Shown here one piece after another: positions 50,872-63,748 of a stretch of DNA of 64,000 nucleotides. The position numbers were made by a program, and so were the translations under genes. Below the pieces are notes generated by a model. The model was given only the letters and a program-made list of their open reading frames with translations. It was not told the origin of the DNA and did no database searches. Source of the DNA: Pseudovirgaria hyperparasitica (lineage: Eukaryota); assembly GCA_010093815.1 (NCBI GenBank), contig ML996575.1; one strand, 5' to 3'. Each line of letters opens with the position of its first letter. Positions within the stretch are counted from its first letter, which is position 1.

Positions 50872-51205
50872 CGAACCCCATTCGATGGGTTAACTGCAGA
50901 TTATTGTGCGACGTCCAGATAGTGGACCGTCAGGCTAATCCAGTACATATTCAAGTTTCTCACTGCATAATCTTGCAATAACCGTCTGCATATCTGGATC
51001 GTAACGCGACCTGCCCATATGAAAGTAAAAGGTCATTCATGATCATTTCGACGCCTTTCCAACGCGTTGACTCTAGGGTATCTACACGATCTCGTCAACT
51101 TCGCCTACCACTAAGCCATGGACCATACAACTCACCATAATCCAAAAAGAAAAACAAATGCCGCCACACCTCCGAGCCACATATATATGTCCTTTATTGT
51201 GGGCC

Positions 51206-51433
51206 TCAGTTTCTGCCCATGATTCTATCGTCCCTGGACCGGACAACTCTAGCCTTGTCTTGTGGCAGCGGACGGAGTTCGTCGTTTGGATCCTTCCCTT
51301 TGCTCTTCCCATGATCTTCCGGTGGCATACTTGATAGGTGAGACATTTCCCATTGCTTGCGCTGGCGCGACTGCTCGAATGCAGCTATGTCGTCTTGGGT
51401 GAGCGTTATGAGCGTTGCAGGCCGGCGGAGCAT
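51206..51433 (-). CDS. CDC26: Anaphase-promoting complex subunit Cdc26
   Basis: N-terminal MLRRPATLITLTQDDI signature; 75 aa. Confidence 0.85.
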   Translation of the reverse strand: MLRRPATLITLTQDDIAAFEQSRQRKQWEMSHLSSMPPEDHGKSKGKDPNDELRPLPQDKARVVRSRDDRIMGRN

Positions 51434-51712
51434 TGTGGTTTTGTGTTGAGATGTGGTGGCGCGTGGTGGACTGCAGATATGATGCAGAGGCGTTGGCGAA
51501 AAGTAAGGATATCGGCCAAGAGTATGAATAGGATAGAGCGTGTAGTGGTGTAGTTATTGTTGTTCAAATGCTGTGAGTTTGCGCGCGGCGATCTCATCTC
51601 CGCCCGGTACGAGAGAACGAAGCCACTAGCGTACTTCGTGCCGGGACGTTGTCCCCAGTCAAAAATGAGCTGCCCTTTGTAACATTGCGCATCAACAGCC
51701 TCGACAGCGGCC

Positions 51713-53086
51713 ATGTCACAACTACCCTTTCAATGGCCTACGAATCTTTTTCGGGCGCCATTGACAAAGGATGTGTCGAAAAATGTGATTGGGGTGTGCC
51801 GGAGCTTCCACGCCTCGCAGTTCCAGCGTGACGAGGCCAACGATTCTCGAGGTTCGTCACTAGCTATGCCACTGCACTACAGTGTCATTCCTGTCATTGA
51901 ATCGGATTGACATGTTATAGGGCCTTCCTCATCTACGCCAGATCGAATTGCGAGATCTCAACTCGCCGCGAGACAAATCAGCAATCTGCAGGCAGCGCGA
52001 GGATTCCAGCGGAAAGGATTGCGCGGCGGCGTTTTCAAGAGCGGTGCTGTACAGAGCCCACCTCTTCATATGCGGAATGCGGGCCCTGTGGTTCGGCCTG
52101 TAACAGATCCGAGTCAAAAGACGCCGAATGTGGGCTTCGTCATACGGCGTACAACAGAACCGGCCCAAAGGATGAACCGATCTCCTGGCAGACTCCTTAG
52201 TCGACCGACCTCTAGTCCACAGATGCGAGCACCACAAGGCGGAGGAGGTAGGGGAAGGGGAGCTACGCGAGGCGGCAGAGGACGCAGAGGAAACCGAGGA
52301 AACCGAGGTCGGGGGCGAGAACTCCAGAGAGAAGGATACACAGAGCCAGCTGATGAGGGAATCCATCCCGACGAGATCGAGGACGGCGACGAGCTCAGCA
52401 ACACGATGGTGCGATTCTTGCGCGAAGAGCACGAAAGGGTGAAGGGCGAGAAACCATACCAGCTCGAAAAGCCGGATGCAGGCGCGCTGCTCGACGAGAC
52501 CAGGACATCGCTCCCGCCTATGCCCTGGAGCTTGCAGAAGATTCCTGCCCGTAAGCTGTTGACGCAATATCTCGAGGGCACGACGCCCATGGCTTGGAGC
52601 CCATTCGCTATGCCGCTTGGTAAATCCGAGCATCTCGACGCGAAGCGCATGATTTCAGGACTTCTAGTGCACTTTGAGCCCAAAGCTGGCGGTCCCCCAG
52701 ACCGCACGATGAACAAGCAGATGGGACTCATTAACCAGCGGGCCATGTCGAAAGCCATGACCAAGCTTCGCGAGTACGAGGCAACGAGGATGAAGGCTGA
52801 GGGCATAAAGGTGGACGAGACCGTCCGGTTCAAGAGCATACCGAAGCACCTGCGCGAGGAGACGACTATGCGCGTCCTCGCTGGCCAATATGAGTTGTCG
52901 AGCAGCAAGGACGAAGAGTCTGGTGAGAACGCATCGAAGGATCCGCTGGTAAAGAACGTTGTCACACGTGCGCTTCAGGTCAATCCCTCGTATGACATGA
53001 CAAAGATGGACGCATTCATGAACGTCGTCGATGGCCTGATAGCAGGCAAGCCTCGGGGTAAGGCGCCGAAGATGGGAATCACTTGA
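51713..53086 (+). CDS. Hypothetical, probably mitochondrial, RGG-rich protein (intron ~51852-51920)
   Basis: Presequence-like N-terminus (CRSFHAS) spliced to the long ORF containing GGGGRGRGATRGGRGRRG. Confidence 0.65.
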
Positions 53087-53251
53087 GTGAATGAGAGAGT
53101 TGAACATGCAATTTTGTAAACATAGCGTCTCATTACTCGCTGTAAATATAGAATGGAGCGGGATATATCGTACTACATCCAATCTTGACCATACCATCAT
53201 CCACGTTCCGTTATCATGTATATACACCCCGATTCTAAACCAACCAACCAA

Positions 53252-53894
53252 TCACCCAGCAAACTGCACCCAATACTCCTCCTCAAACCCCTTCATCCAC
53301 GCCCTGTACTCACCCCCTCGCCTCACCCACCCCTTAATCCCCCCCTCCAGCACCAAACTGCGCACCTGCCCCCCATCTCCCACCTCAACCAGATAATCCG
53401 CAAACCACCCCGCACATCGCGGTCCCCTCCCGCTCGACGAGCCTGTCATACACACACACTTTGTCAGCCTGACCATAAATAAACCCAATAAACAATCCTA
53501 TCTAACACACCCCGTAAGAGAGCATGTAAACAGCACACCAAGCAAGGACACGACTTGACAGGACAGGACAGGCCACAACACACATACCACAATAAAACAC
53601 CACCTCAGCCACGCCGGCGCGTCTGCACAGCTCGTATAGTTCTGCGCGGTTGGCGTGGAAGGTTTCGGCGGGGAGGTTGAGGCTGCCTTTTATGGCGCCG
53701 CCGAGGTAGTCGTTACGGCGTACGTCGATGAGGAGGAGAGGGAGGGGAGGGGAGGGTGTTGTGTTGGTGGACGAGGTGGAGGAAGATTGGAGGGTGGTGA
53801 GGGTTTGCTCGGCGGTTATGAAAGGTGCTGGGTGTTGGACTGTGGGGAATTGGGACCATGGGGATGGGGAGGTGGTTGTGGTTGTGGTGGGCAT
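53252..53894 (-). CDS. Cdc25/Acr2-like rhodanese-fold phosphatase or arsenate reductase (intron ~53587-53443)
   Basis: LIDVRRNDYLGGAIKGSLNLPA, FYC|GSSSGRGPR (Cx5R), LEGGIKGW. Confidence 0.85.
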
Positions 53895-54202
53895 AGTGAG
53901 CGTTGGATAGAGGGGAGGAGGAGGAGGAGTAAGTATTTTGTGGGTGGATAGATGGTGTTTTGAACTGGCAAGGACGTTGAGACGGTATATAACAAAGTAA
54001 TCGGTAGCTTACAGAGGCGCACCTATAATAACACAAGAGGAGATAATAAACCCAGAAGCAGGAACGGAGTAGCTGTAGCAATACCTAATTAGCTAGGTAA
54101 GTAAGAAACAAAATGCGTAGTCGCACAAACCAAACAACTCCATCGACTAATTTTGAACCGTTTATAAATTTGCTCAACGGCATTTCTTCCATCAAGCAAC
54201 AA

Positions 54203-54275
54203 GCCCGGTTAGCTCAATCGGTAGAGCGTGAGACTCTTAATCTCAAGGTCGGGGGTTCGAGCCCCCCATTGGGCT
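54203..54275 (+). tRNA. tRNA-Lys (anticodon CUU), intronless
   Basis: GCCCGGT/ATTGGGC acceptor stem, TAGCTCAATCGG A box, GAGA-CT CTT AA-TCTC anticodon arm, GGTTCGA B box, downstream T-run. Confidence 0.95.
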
Positions 54276-54865
54276 TCTTCTTTTGCTCTTCTTTTTCATT
54301 TTCCCCCTCCGCTGCCCTCTCCATCGCTTCGAAGGCGCGCTAGTACGTTAGTAGCCTGGCGCTAGTTTGGGATATTGTTTTACCATGGATGGCATGCAGT
54401 CAGTCGGTCTAATTCAACAGGACATAGGGCCGAGATTTATTATTAATGTTATTACATGGTGTCATTCCCGTTCGCTTGGTCGTCGTTATTACTCTTATCA
54501 TTGTTTATATATTAGTCACATCATGTCAATATATGCGTGTATTGTGTGTGTGTTGCACGGGTTAGGTTTGATGCATTATTTGTGCTTGCATTGCATTGTT
54601 ACCGTGCACAACTTTGCACTGAAGTTTGTCTGCTGGCAGGATGTGAGGATCCTGCAGGAATGAGACCAGCACAGAAGACTACATGTCACTTTGAGTCTTC
54701 AAGAACAGGAGTAAAACGATGGTGTCAATTATGTATATATATAAATCAATTTTTCACATCAGATCTTGTCAACGCCTCAGTCTATATAGCGATTATAGCG
54801 CGCTCACAATGTTGGGGAATCATTTAAGCGCGATGCAAAGTATAAGGAAATTCAGGACAAGACGT

Positions 54866-56722
54866 CTAGGTAAAGTGAGGAGCGTTGAGGACTATGCCCA
54901 TGAGCACACCGGCAATGGTACCGGCAACGGGGATGGTCATGATCCAGGAAAAGACCAAGAGACCGACTCGCTGCCAGTTGACGGCCTTGTAGGTGCCGTT
55001 GCAGAGACCGACACCGACGGTGGCGCCAGTGATGCACATCGAGGTGGAGACGGGGAGCTTGAATTGCGAGAAGACGAGGACGGTGATGGCAGCGCCCATT
55101 TCCATAGAGCAGCCACGGCTGGGAGAGTGGTAGGTGATCTTGTTGCCCATGACCTTCATGATGTTGTAGCCGTAGGTGATGAGACCGAGGGAGATGGTGG
55201 CGGAGAGGACAGCGAGTTGCCAGACGTCGACTTCGGCGTTCTTCTTGACAGCAGCACCAGACTTCCAGGCACCGTAGATGACAGCCCAAGGACCGACGGA
55301 GTTACCGATATCGTTGGCACCGTGGGCGAAAGAGGCGGTACAGGCAGTGAGGATCTGGACAAAGGAGTAGGTGTGCTCGACCTCGTTGGGGTACTTCTTG
55401 GCGTGGGAGTAGACGCGCTCCATGCGGGCACCTTCAGGTGTTCCGGCGATACCAGTCTGGGCGGCGTGGATGTCGTAGTGCAGACCGTAGAGAGCGCCGC
55501 AGACGATGTAAGCAGGGAGACGCTTGGCCATGATCTTCATGTTCTTGAACTCGTAGATTTCACCAGCGCCCATGGGGTTGTCGCGGAGAGTGCGCATAGC
55601 CCAGCCCATGGGACCACGCTTCTTGAGCAGACGGGCATTGAGCTTGGCCTGACCGGCGGCAACTTGTTCCTTGTAGGTGAGTTGCTGGCCTTCTGCAACA
55701 GCAAGCGACTTCTCGTGCACGGTGGCTTGTTTGACCTCGTTGTCGTCGATTGACTTGGCAGACTCGCCAGAGTGGTACTTGTTCTCCTCGTCAAGGTTCT
55801 CCTCTTGAACAACAGCGTAGTTGGGGACGGAAGCGACCTCGCCCTCTTGGAACTGGCGGAAGAAGAGCATTGGGCCCTTGAAGACGTGGAACCAGCGGAC
55901 AGACTGGTCGCGCTTGATGACCTTGGCGTAGACGTACGGGACGAAGAAGAGGCAGGCGAGAGCGCAGACACCGGCACCAGTTCCCATGGTGACACCAGCG
56001 ACGTAACCTGGGGGCTTCTTGTTAAGACCAAGCTTTGGCGAACCCTTGTAAACAACCGAGAGTGTGCAGACGGTACCGGCGATGAGGAAGAAGAATGGAG
56101 AGGTGAAGACGGCCCACGGGACGGGATTCTTGCGCAGGTGGACAACGAGCTTAATGAGCATAAAGATGGTAGCACCGAAACCAGCAGCAATAGCAGGAGC
56201 CATTCCAAGGCCGGCGAAGATGGCGCCAAGCCCCTTTCCGTCGTTCCAACCCCACTGAACGTTGCGCGCACCAGCAGTTGCAACACCGACACCAGCAACG
56301 GCAGAGATGAGGGAGTAGGTCGAGGAGACGTGAGCAGAGTGGCGCGTACACCACATAACCCATGTAGAAGCACCAGCGAGAGCACATGTGAAAGCCAGCA
56401 TCTGCACACCAGCGTTGCCCTTGAATGCATCGAGAGGAATGATACCGTTCTTGATGGTCTCGGCGGTACGAGCACCGACAGTGATGGCACCAACCATCTC
56501 GAAGATGGTACCGAGAATCATGGCCTGTCTATAGGAGATGGACCTCGACGAGACACTGGTAGCCCAGGCGTTGGCAACATCGTCTGTGGTAGTGGATTAG
56601 CTGACTGGAGTGGTGATGGAGCAAGATGGGGCAGTGTGCTACTTACTGGCACCATTGTTGAAGGCATCCAACAGGGCGAAGAAGGTGCCAATGGCAAATA
56701 TGTAGGTGTACTGATCGAGCAT
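54866..56722 (-). CDS. PHO89: Na+/phosphate symporter, PiT family (Pho89/PHO-4), one 5' intron
   Basis: AFNNGA|NDVANAWATSV, HVSSTYS, SFAHGANDIGNSVGP, LPVSTSMCITG. Confidence 0.95.
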
Positions 56723-57167
56723 CTTGGCCAAGAGGTGATGAAGAGTGCGATATCAGCCTTGTGGGTGGATTGGCAAACGAGTGCAGGATGCAGAGACAAG
56801 AAATAAGAGCAAGGGGAGGCGGCCCAGGGCTCTTTATGTGTCTCAACTCAAGAGGCCATAATTCTGGAGCCGGGCGTCTGCTCTGATCCGGATGTTGTCA
56901 GGTATCGGTATCAGGCGAAGACGGAAGGGCATAAGGTGACGGTGGGATGGAGCTGTTGGAGTCTGGAGTCGAGCAACGAGCACCTGCAGCAGGGATAGCC
57001 GTGATTCGTCAGAAGGGGGGGTAGGGATCTGGGGGGGCACAGATGTTCATGTGTGGCGTGTATATTGAGTGAGTAGAAGAGTGTGATGAGGTTGAAGTGG
57101 TGGTAGTAATTAGAGCCAATAGAGGTGGTGGTAGGTGGTGAGACGTGGACGGATGGGTGGGCCGATG

Positions 57168-58405
57168 CTTGGCAGTCAAAGCCCCCCCCGAAGTCCCCCA
57201 AGTCGGCGCAAGTCAAGGCGCGACTTGGCAGCTTGTCCGGGGTCCTTGTCCTGGTTCGGGCGGGATCCTTTGGGGGACAAGCCGGGGGTCAAGCAACCGG
57301 GGGTTCGCTGCCTATAAAGACAGCACGTGGGTCTCGTTCTCGCTCCTAACACGTCCATCAGGTCGTCTGCAACCTCCAAGCATCCTCTACATCCTCTGCA
57401 CTCTCTGCATCCTCCACCTGCTCGTTACTCTTCTAGAAGCCGTGAAGTCGGCACCAACATCTTCTAATGCACCAAACAGCAAGTCAACTGTCAACCTTGG
57501 CTCGCTTCAACACCACTTGAGTCGCTTCTGGCCCTGTGTCCCGCTGCTTTTCCACGTGTGGGGGTGCCAATCGCCATACTGCAGCTCCTGTGCATTTGGC
57601 ATCGCTATTTGTAACTCGAATCAGCCTGCGCCTGTTCTCCGTCTCGCACTGCTTCACTCACGACAGATCTGACACGAAGCAGCAGCAGGACCAGCAACAA
57701 TGACAGATACAAGCCATCGCGGCGAAGAAGACGGTTGACTGCTTGCCCAATATCTACCTCTCCGCTTAGCCAGCAGCAGCAGCAGAAGAGCATCGGCATC
57801 AGCTTCAACTTCAGCTTCAGCTGCAGCTGCAGCATCCCCGTCTGCCCCCGGATCCTGGCCTCTGTGGCAAAGAGATCTGTTAAGCCACACTGCTCAACAG
57901 GGAAGGCGAAACAGTCCGCCTGAGATCCTTTGTCGCCAAGCCTCTGCGAAAATTCTACTGCCGAACCGCTATCATATAATGAAAATAATCATCCAATGAT
58001 TCGTGGGGTGTATGGATTCATGGAGCGGTTGAGCAGTGAAGAGCGAGGACACGCCCACGTGTGGTGCATCCCTCCGTTTCCGCTAATACAAGTCTGCGCT
58101 AAGTTTGCGCTCTTGGCACTCGCGTGCTTCGGATGTCGCGTCTCTCTGGCGTTTCAATAGCCTCCACCAGGCCATCACCAAACCCACTGTTTTCACCTCA
58201 GACTCTCCTCCAAGACATTCCAGACAATCCAGACTCGCTACTATTCGCACTCTTTGTCGCGCCGGCCTTTGTGACGAATCTCGACGACGTGGGTGTCGGC
58301 CGACGCGGAAACACCCGTTTGCTGCAAGGGGAAGCGATTCACCTGTCACTCGACCCTACACTATTAATCGCCTATATGACCGGCCATCCATACTCGACAC
58401 ACGTG
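57168..58405. promoter_or_regulatory. Putative pho89 upstream region with Pho4/NUC-1-type E-boxes and PacC-type sites
   Basis: CACGTG at 57324, 57553, 58056, 58400; GCCARG (either strand) at 57168, 57224, 57496, 57854, 57935, 58112. Confidence 0.6.
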
Positions 58406-59379
58406 CTCACTGCTATACGGGCGTGTTCAACAAGGGTCCTGCCAGATTTGGCTCTTGCAGAACATTGATTCAGCCTTGTGCAACCAACTCAATGCAACCG
58501 TGCATCCTTTATCACCGCGCCGGATTGTAGAATGCCTACTTTGCCGCCGCCATGTCGTAACCATTAGCTTACAGGGACTGTCCAAGAGTCTTCAAGAGTC
58601 CTGTATGGGATTTTCCGGCCTCCATGCCAGTGGCCATTCGCCAGTCATAACCGAGACATTGGTTCTGATCAACAGACACTTAAACAGTGCTTGCATCCAG
58701 ACACGATCTTCGTGTAGATCCAAGGCGCATATGAAGAATTCGGCATTGCCATGCGAGAAAATACCGGCCCGCGATGGTGACTGCAGCCTCCGATGATTGA
58801 TAGTGGTCTCTTGGTCGAGCCCAATACCCATCACAGTCAGAACAGGTGCGAAGCCGTAATGCATTCTTCGACTTTGCGTGTCGTCGGGCTGAAAATATTG
58901 TGACAGTCTAGAATCCATCTGAGGATTCGACAAAGTCTAGAGGTCCCGAGGAGCGACGCTCTGCTTAGATCTGATTATCTTGCAGCTGGACGCCCAAAAT
59001 GGCGCTCGTATAGAGATGTCCCCGGCTCGATGTAGCCATGAGCTTGCCTTTGATGTGCGCCGTACACCGCGACAGGTCGCTAACCTGTCGTGCGATGCAG
59101 CCACCAGCTGCAGTGTCAGTAGTTACGACTATGAGAGCGCCCGGAGAAGAGTCCGAATTTAGCCCGGTGTGATTGCGATAGTGTTGACCACGTCTTGCAG
59201 AATACTGTATCACAGCACCGTGACTCGTGAGAGACATCCATGTTCACGGTGCGCCGTACGACACGAGCGTCTCGTCGAGTTCCTCGAATGCAAGAGGACC
59301 AAAAATAATAACATTGTACATGTAGGTGTGGTAGGGCCCGTGCAGTCTTGGCATGTCAGTCTGGATTCGTGTTAACGTA

Positions 59380-60675
59380 GCATGGACCTCCCTTGCAGAG
59401 GACATTGACCATATTTAACCTATCCTATATCCTAGGAACAGCGCGACGTCCTTGTTCGAGAGGTCCCAGTACCTTTTCATGGCTTTGGAATTTGATCTTG
59501 GCGTGATGATATACTGTTACTCTATTAAGCGACGAGCACGCCTGAACTGCTGCTCCTATATCATTGTAGAATTTGTAGCGCCTTCCTTTGATGTATTAGT
59601 CAATTGGAGAGCCCGGCGACGAAATGACGGCTTTCCAAAGGAAAGTACAAGATAAACTCTCTTTGCAATTCAGGAGTAGTATACTGAACCCAGCATCCAA
59701 GCTTCCGGTATCTGTGTCAATCTAGTTACTCATTATCCTTCGTCGAATTTGAGATTGTTTCTGTCATACCTTCTTCAGTCCCATCGCTGCACGTTCCCTA
59801 TGGGCGCAGACATTGCTTCTCGCCTAGTCATGCCAGATATCAGACCCACAGACATTCAAATATGAAAAAAAAGAGGAGGCAACTGCTGCGTTCGGCTTTG
59901 AAAAGACTCCCGGAAGAGCTCATGGAGGCTAACTTCATCTACATGGTCGTTGTTTGGTGCTGAATGCGGACTTTGTATACTTTGGGAACCGCTCAAGTCA
60001 CGGATTCGCTTCGACAAGCTCAAGCTGCTGTCAGTCAATCTTCCGATGGCACAATTTTCCAGCGCTCAAGAGCCTGTATGTCGGAGTCGAGGTTCCCTTC
60101 ACCAACTCACATGCAAAGCCATATTCAGCATCCCAACTCTCACTACTCTGGAGCTCGATATTCCATATTGGAAGCAAACTCTCCCATTATGGAGAGTTCT
60201 GGACAAGCACAAGTTACGAGCATCTCCTCTCACCACACTGACTCTCCCCGTCCCGCCCAGATATTACCTGAACACGTTCCCAATCCTCATCAAGTTTTGC
60301 GCCAGTCTTGTACGTTCCAAACCAAAGACAAGACGACCTCTAGAAGGACCTACTTCAGCGCAGCAGGCAGATTCATCTCCCTCAACACAGCTCTTCATGA
60401 AGCAGAGTCTGGTCTCGCAGCGACCCAGGAACAAACTGCGTCCGATTCTTTGTGAGATAACCAAGGCGCTTGACGGGCACATCGGCGTAGTGGGGGTATT
60501 TGAATACTGGCCTGCGCATGAAATCGTCCATCGCATGGTCTTGAGGTGGGTGCAGCGCAGTCGTCTCGCCGCCAAAAGCGCTGCTGAAATGGCAGATTTC
60601 GTGTTGAATCCTCTTGTACTGCCGTTCGTGATGCCTCTTCACATACTTACCCCACCTATTTCCCTGGAGTGTTGA
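59380..60675 (+). pseudogene. Possible decayed F-box/LRR-like gene
   Basis: F-box-like LAEDIDHI*PILYPRNSATSLFERSQYL followed by broken frames and a 241-aa Leu-rich ORF (LTTLELDI, LTTLTL). Confidence 0.3.
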
Positions 60676-61153
60676 GGTTTCTGCTAAGATATGCCAAGAC
60701 TCATGATGAAGAGGAGATGGCGTGGAGCCGTATATTCGATTTTGCAAAGTAATAATTACACATAGCCTATTACGGAGTCTAGAAATCTGCAACAGTATTC
60801 ATTCTTTTGAAACACATGTCACATGTACTACGACTGCGCTCGTGTCTGGCCGTTACTTGGTAGATACATATCAGAGCAGCAGTAAAAAACCACTCCTTAT
60901 AGTCAGTTCCTAGTCCTCATTAAGCCAGGATGTCATGTCATGTCATATACGACTAGTCTAGTCCTCACATTCCAGCCAGCCAGCCAACCAGTCATACATA
61001 TGATTACCTACACACAGTATCGTCCATCGGTTATTCCTCTCCGCATAGCCATCCATTCATCCATCCATACGCCCTCCGCAGTCGAAATACTGATAAAACC
61101 AGCTAGTAATACTTCGTAGCGCACCTGCCAACCCTGTTATATTCCTAACAGCG

Positions 61154-61213
61154 AGAGAGATTAAACGAGTATAAAGAGAGATTAAACGAGTATAAAGAGA
61201 GATTAAACGAGTA
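61154..61213. repeat. 21-bp tandem repeat, ~2.9 copies
   Basis: AGAGAGATTAAACGAGTATAA repeated head-to-tail. Confidence 0.9.
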
Positions 61214-61782
61214 GATATACCCCATTGGGCAGGTTTCTAATGCAGGAGGCAGGCCAAGAAGCTGCTCGAGTGGGGTGTATATGGATAGTCGGATATTGTG
61301 TATTAGAGGGTCTAGCTGCTGGCGTAGTGTGCTTGGGGAACGTGTTTGTGGGTTGGTTTTGGTAGTCTTTTGGGCTTTGTTGGGTTGTGGTGAGTTCTGC
61401 CAGAGGATGTTTGTGATGGCTGGGCCGTGCACCTGTAAGTGATCTAGAGACAATGGAATTATCCGGTGCATAGTGAATGAGCGCAAGGCGGACATAAAGG
61501 CCTCACAGTCGATTATTTCAGTATGAAATAGCACAATTGTATGTCGTGTGTTATGATGTTCCTGTACTGTATCAAAGATGTGTTTATGTGTTGCGGGTAA
61601 GGCGCCAAGCCTTCCCAACCTCTCACTTTCACCGACGTTCCAGCCTCTCATAATAACATGCAGTTCACTACACACGTCATGCCTTCTTGTTTACCATGGG
61701 CACATCGATCACCACACCCACGCTTTACTGCACTGCAACATTCTTCCCTACAAGTTGTCCTCTAAAAACTGCATAAGCGCCA

Positions 61783-62982
61783 ATGTTCACTCCACGCACT
61801 CCACGCAGAGGCAACCAAGGCAGAGGCCGCGCAAGAGGGAAAGGAGCCCGCAGCCCCGCGAAGACGCCGCTGAAGGGCATGTTTGCAGACGGTGTGTGGC
61901 ACTGCAACTGCCATCCCAGACTCCCCGCACAGCGATTCCAGGTGAAAAAGGAGAGCAAGAATAAGGGTCGGTGGTGTAAGTTGTGGATCAGCCCCCGCTT
62001 TCTAGATCCTTGAGGAAGTTATATATGCGCCCAAGAGCTAATTCTATTGCGTGCAGTCTACACGTGCCAGAAGACGGAAGCGAAACGCTGCGATTTCTTC
62101 CTCTGGGAAGATGATGCTAGGTTTCGTGAAGAAGGTGCGGTGCTGAATAATTCGCGCTCTGAGCCTTGGTCTGGGGTTGATGTCACGCCCTCCAAGCCAC
62201 GATCTGTCATTGATATCACGCCCTCCAAGCCTGCGCAACAGCGAACACAATTCGAAGATGGGGGTTTCATACGGCGCGACAAGCGAAGTCGTGACGAGTT
62301 TGAAGAGGACGACGACGACGAGTTTGGGGAGTCGTTCGATGCCGAAGCACTGGAATTGATGAAGCAAGCGGCCGAGACACCGAGCAAATCACGCAAGGTG
62401 GATGCGTTGGCCATACCCAAGAGAAGGGTTCTGCCGTGGCTGAGAGACCAGGAAGGACAGAAGAGCGCTGGTGGACTACTGACACCACAGACGGAAAGGG
62501 TGGTGAAGCAAGGACTCTTCACGACACCTACCAAAGAGACCGAACGAACAGCAGCTTCTACAACAAGCACGAGAGGCTCGATAACGCAACCACAGCTCAG
62601 ACACCGCGAACCTTCACCTTCACCTTGCACGCTCAAAGCACTCGATAGCATGTCTACACCGGTACAGCTTACCGAAGCTAGGTCGCCGTCGAAAGATGCC
62701 CCCGAACTGACGTCGGATGTGCTTGAATACCTGCGTGAGAGCAAAGTCCAGCTACCACCCCCGGTCCAAGAAGGTCTCAAGCAGCTTCTTAGTAAACACA
62801 CGTTTAGAACCCAAGGCGTAATAAAGGGTCGTGAGATCTCAAGATTGGCGCTCAAAGCCAAAGATGCCAAGATTGTAGAATTGCAGCACCGAATTGCGGC
62901 GCTTGAAGCAGACTTCGAGGCTGAGAGGGCGCAGAACAGATATCGTGATTGGGAAGTCAAGACAAGCAGTCACAATGACTGA
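61783..62982 (+). CDS. GRF zinc-finger protein with C-terminal coiled coil (intron ~61976-62056)
   Basis: WHCNCHPR...VKKESKNKGRW|FYTC......CDFFLW. Confidence 0.85.
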
Positions 62983-63748
62983 TCTATGCCTGTTGCACTA
63001 CGTTGATTATTCTCTAACGAAAGCGACTGCTTGACCTGGCTTCCTGGGACGAGCTGGGCGTTTAGATGTATCTTGCTCGTGCACCGACGGTAGCAACATC
63101 ATGTACGCCATCATTGAGCAGGTAACGCCACAGGAGCACTTGACAAATCTATGTTGAGGCTCCATTACACACAGGAAGCCCATCAAGTATACGCAAAGGA
63201 CAAGTCTGCACACAAGTCTATACTGCTTTCCATCAGATCAGGGCCGATAGCGTGCAGCGATTGGAAGGGAGGAAATAAAATGTATTGTGGCGTCGACCGG
63301 TATATTGTGACGTTAGATGTCACGATATGTTAAGCAAGGGACGGGTGGGGCCGGCCAGGAGCTGAAGCGTCTCTGATTGGCCAGGTCTGCCCTGCGCGTT
63401 TTGTGCGTTCGATTGCTGACGACAATGACAAAGCCGATGTGCCAAGACCCATCTTTTGAGGTTTTTGTGCGGATGGCGAGCGCCACGGGGGAAATATCGT
63501 ATATATTTCCCATTATCTGGGAAATTGTCTTTGTAACTACTTTCCACACCCAAATCTCTGATCAAATTTACTTTACTTGAACTTCTTGTTCAGCCTGTCA
63601 CGCCACGGTGAACTGCAGGTGCAACCCATTATTCCAGACCCCTTAACACAATCACTTTTAGACTCATAACAATTCCGACTCAACTATAGCTGTATCACAA
63701 GCACGTCCAGAAGCAATTTGAGCTGCGTGTATCCCGATCTCATCCACA

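Noticed and set aside
54719..56806. Two 344-aa plus-strand ORFs opposite pho89
   Set aside because: Antisense shadows produced by the strong C-ending codon bias of pho89; no recognisable motifs
61154..61213. CRISPR-like array
   Set aside because: Head-to-tail minisatellite without spacers, in a eukaryote
62058..62960. 300-aa minus-strand ORF (and similar ones at 52114-52965 and 42279-42836)
   Set aside because: Ser-rich antisense mirrors of real genes on the other strand
26089..62982. DNA-repair gene cluster (ogg1, AlkB, tel2, GRF finger)
   Set aside because: Spread over ~37 kb among unrelated housekeeping genes; consistent with chance
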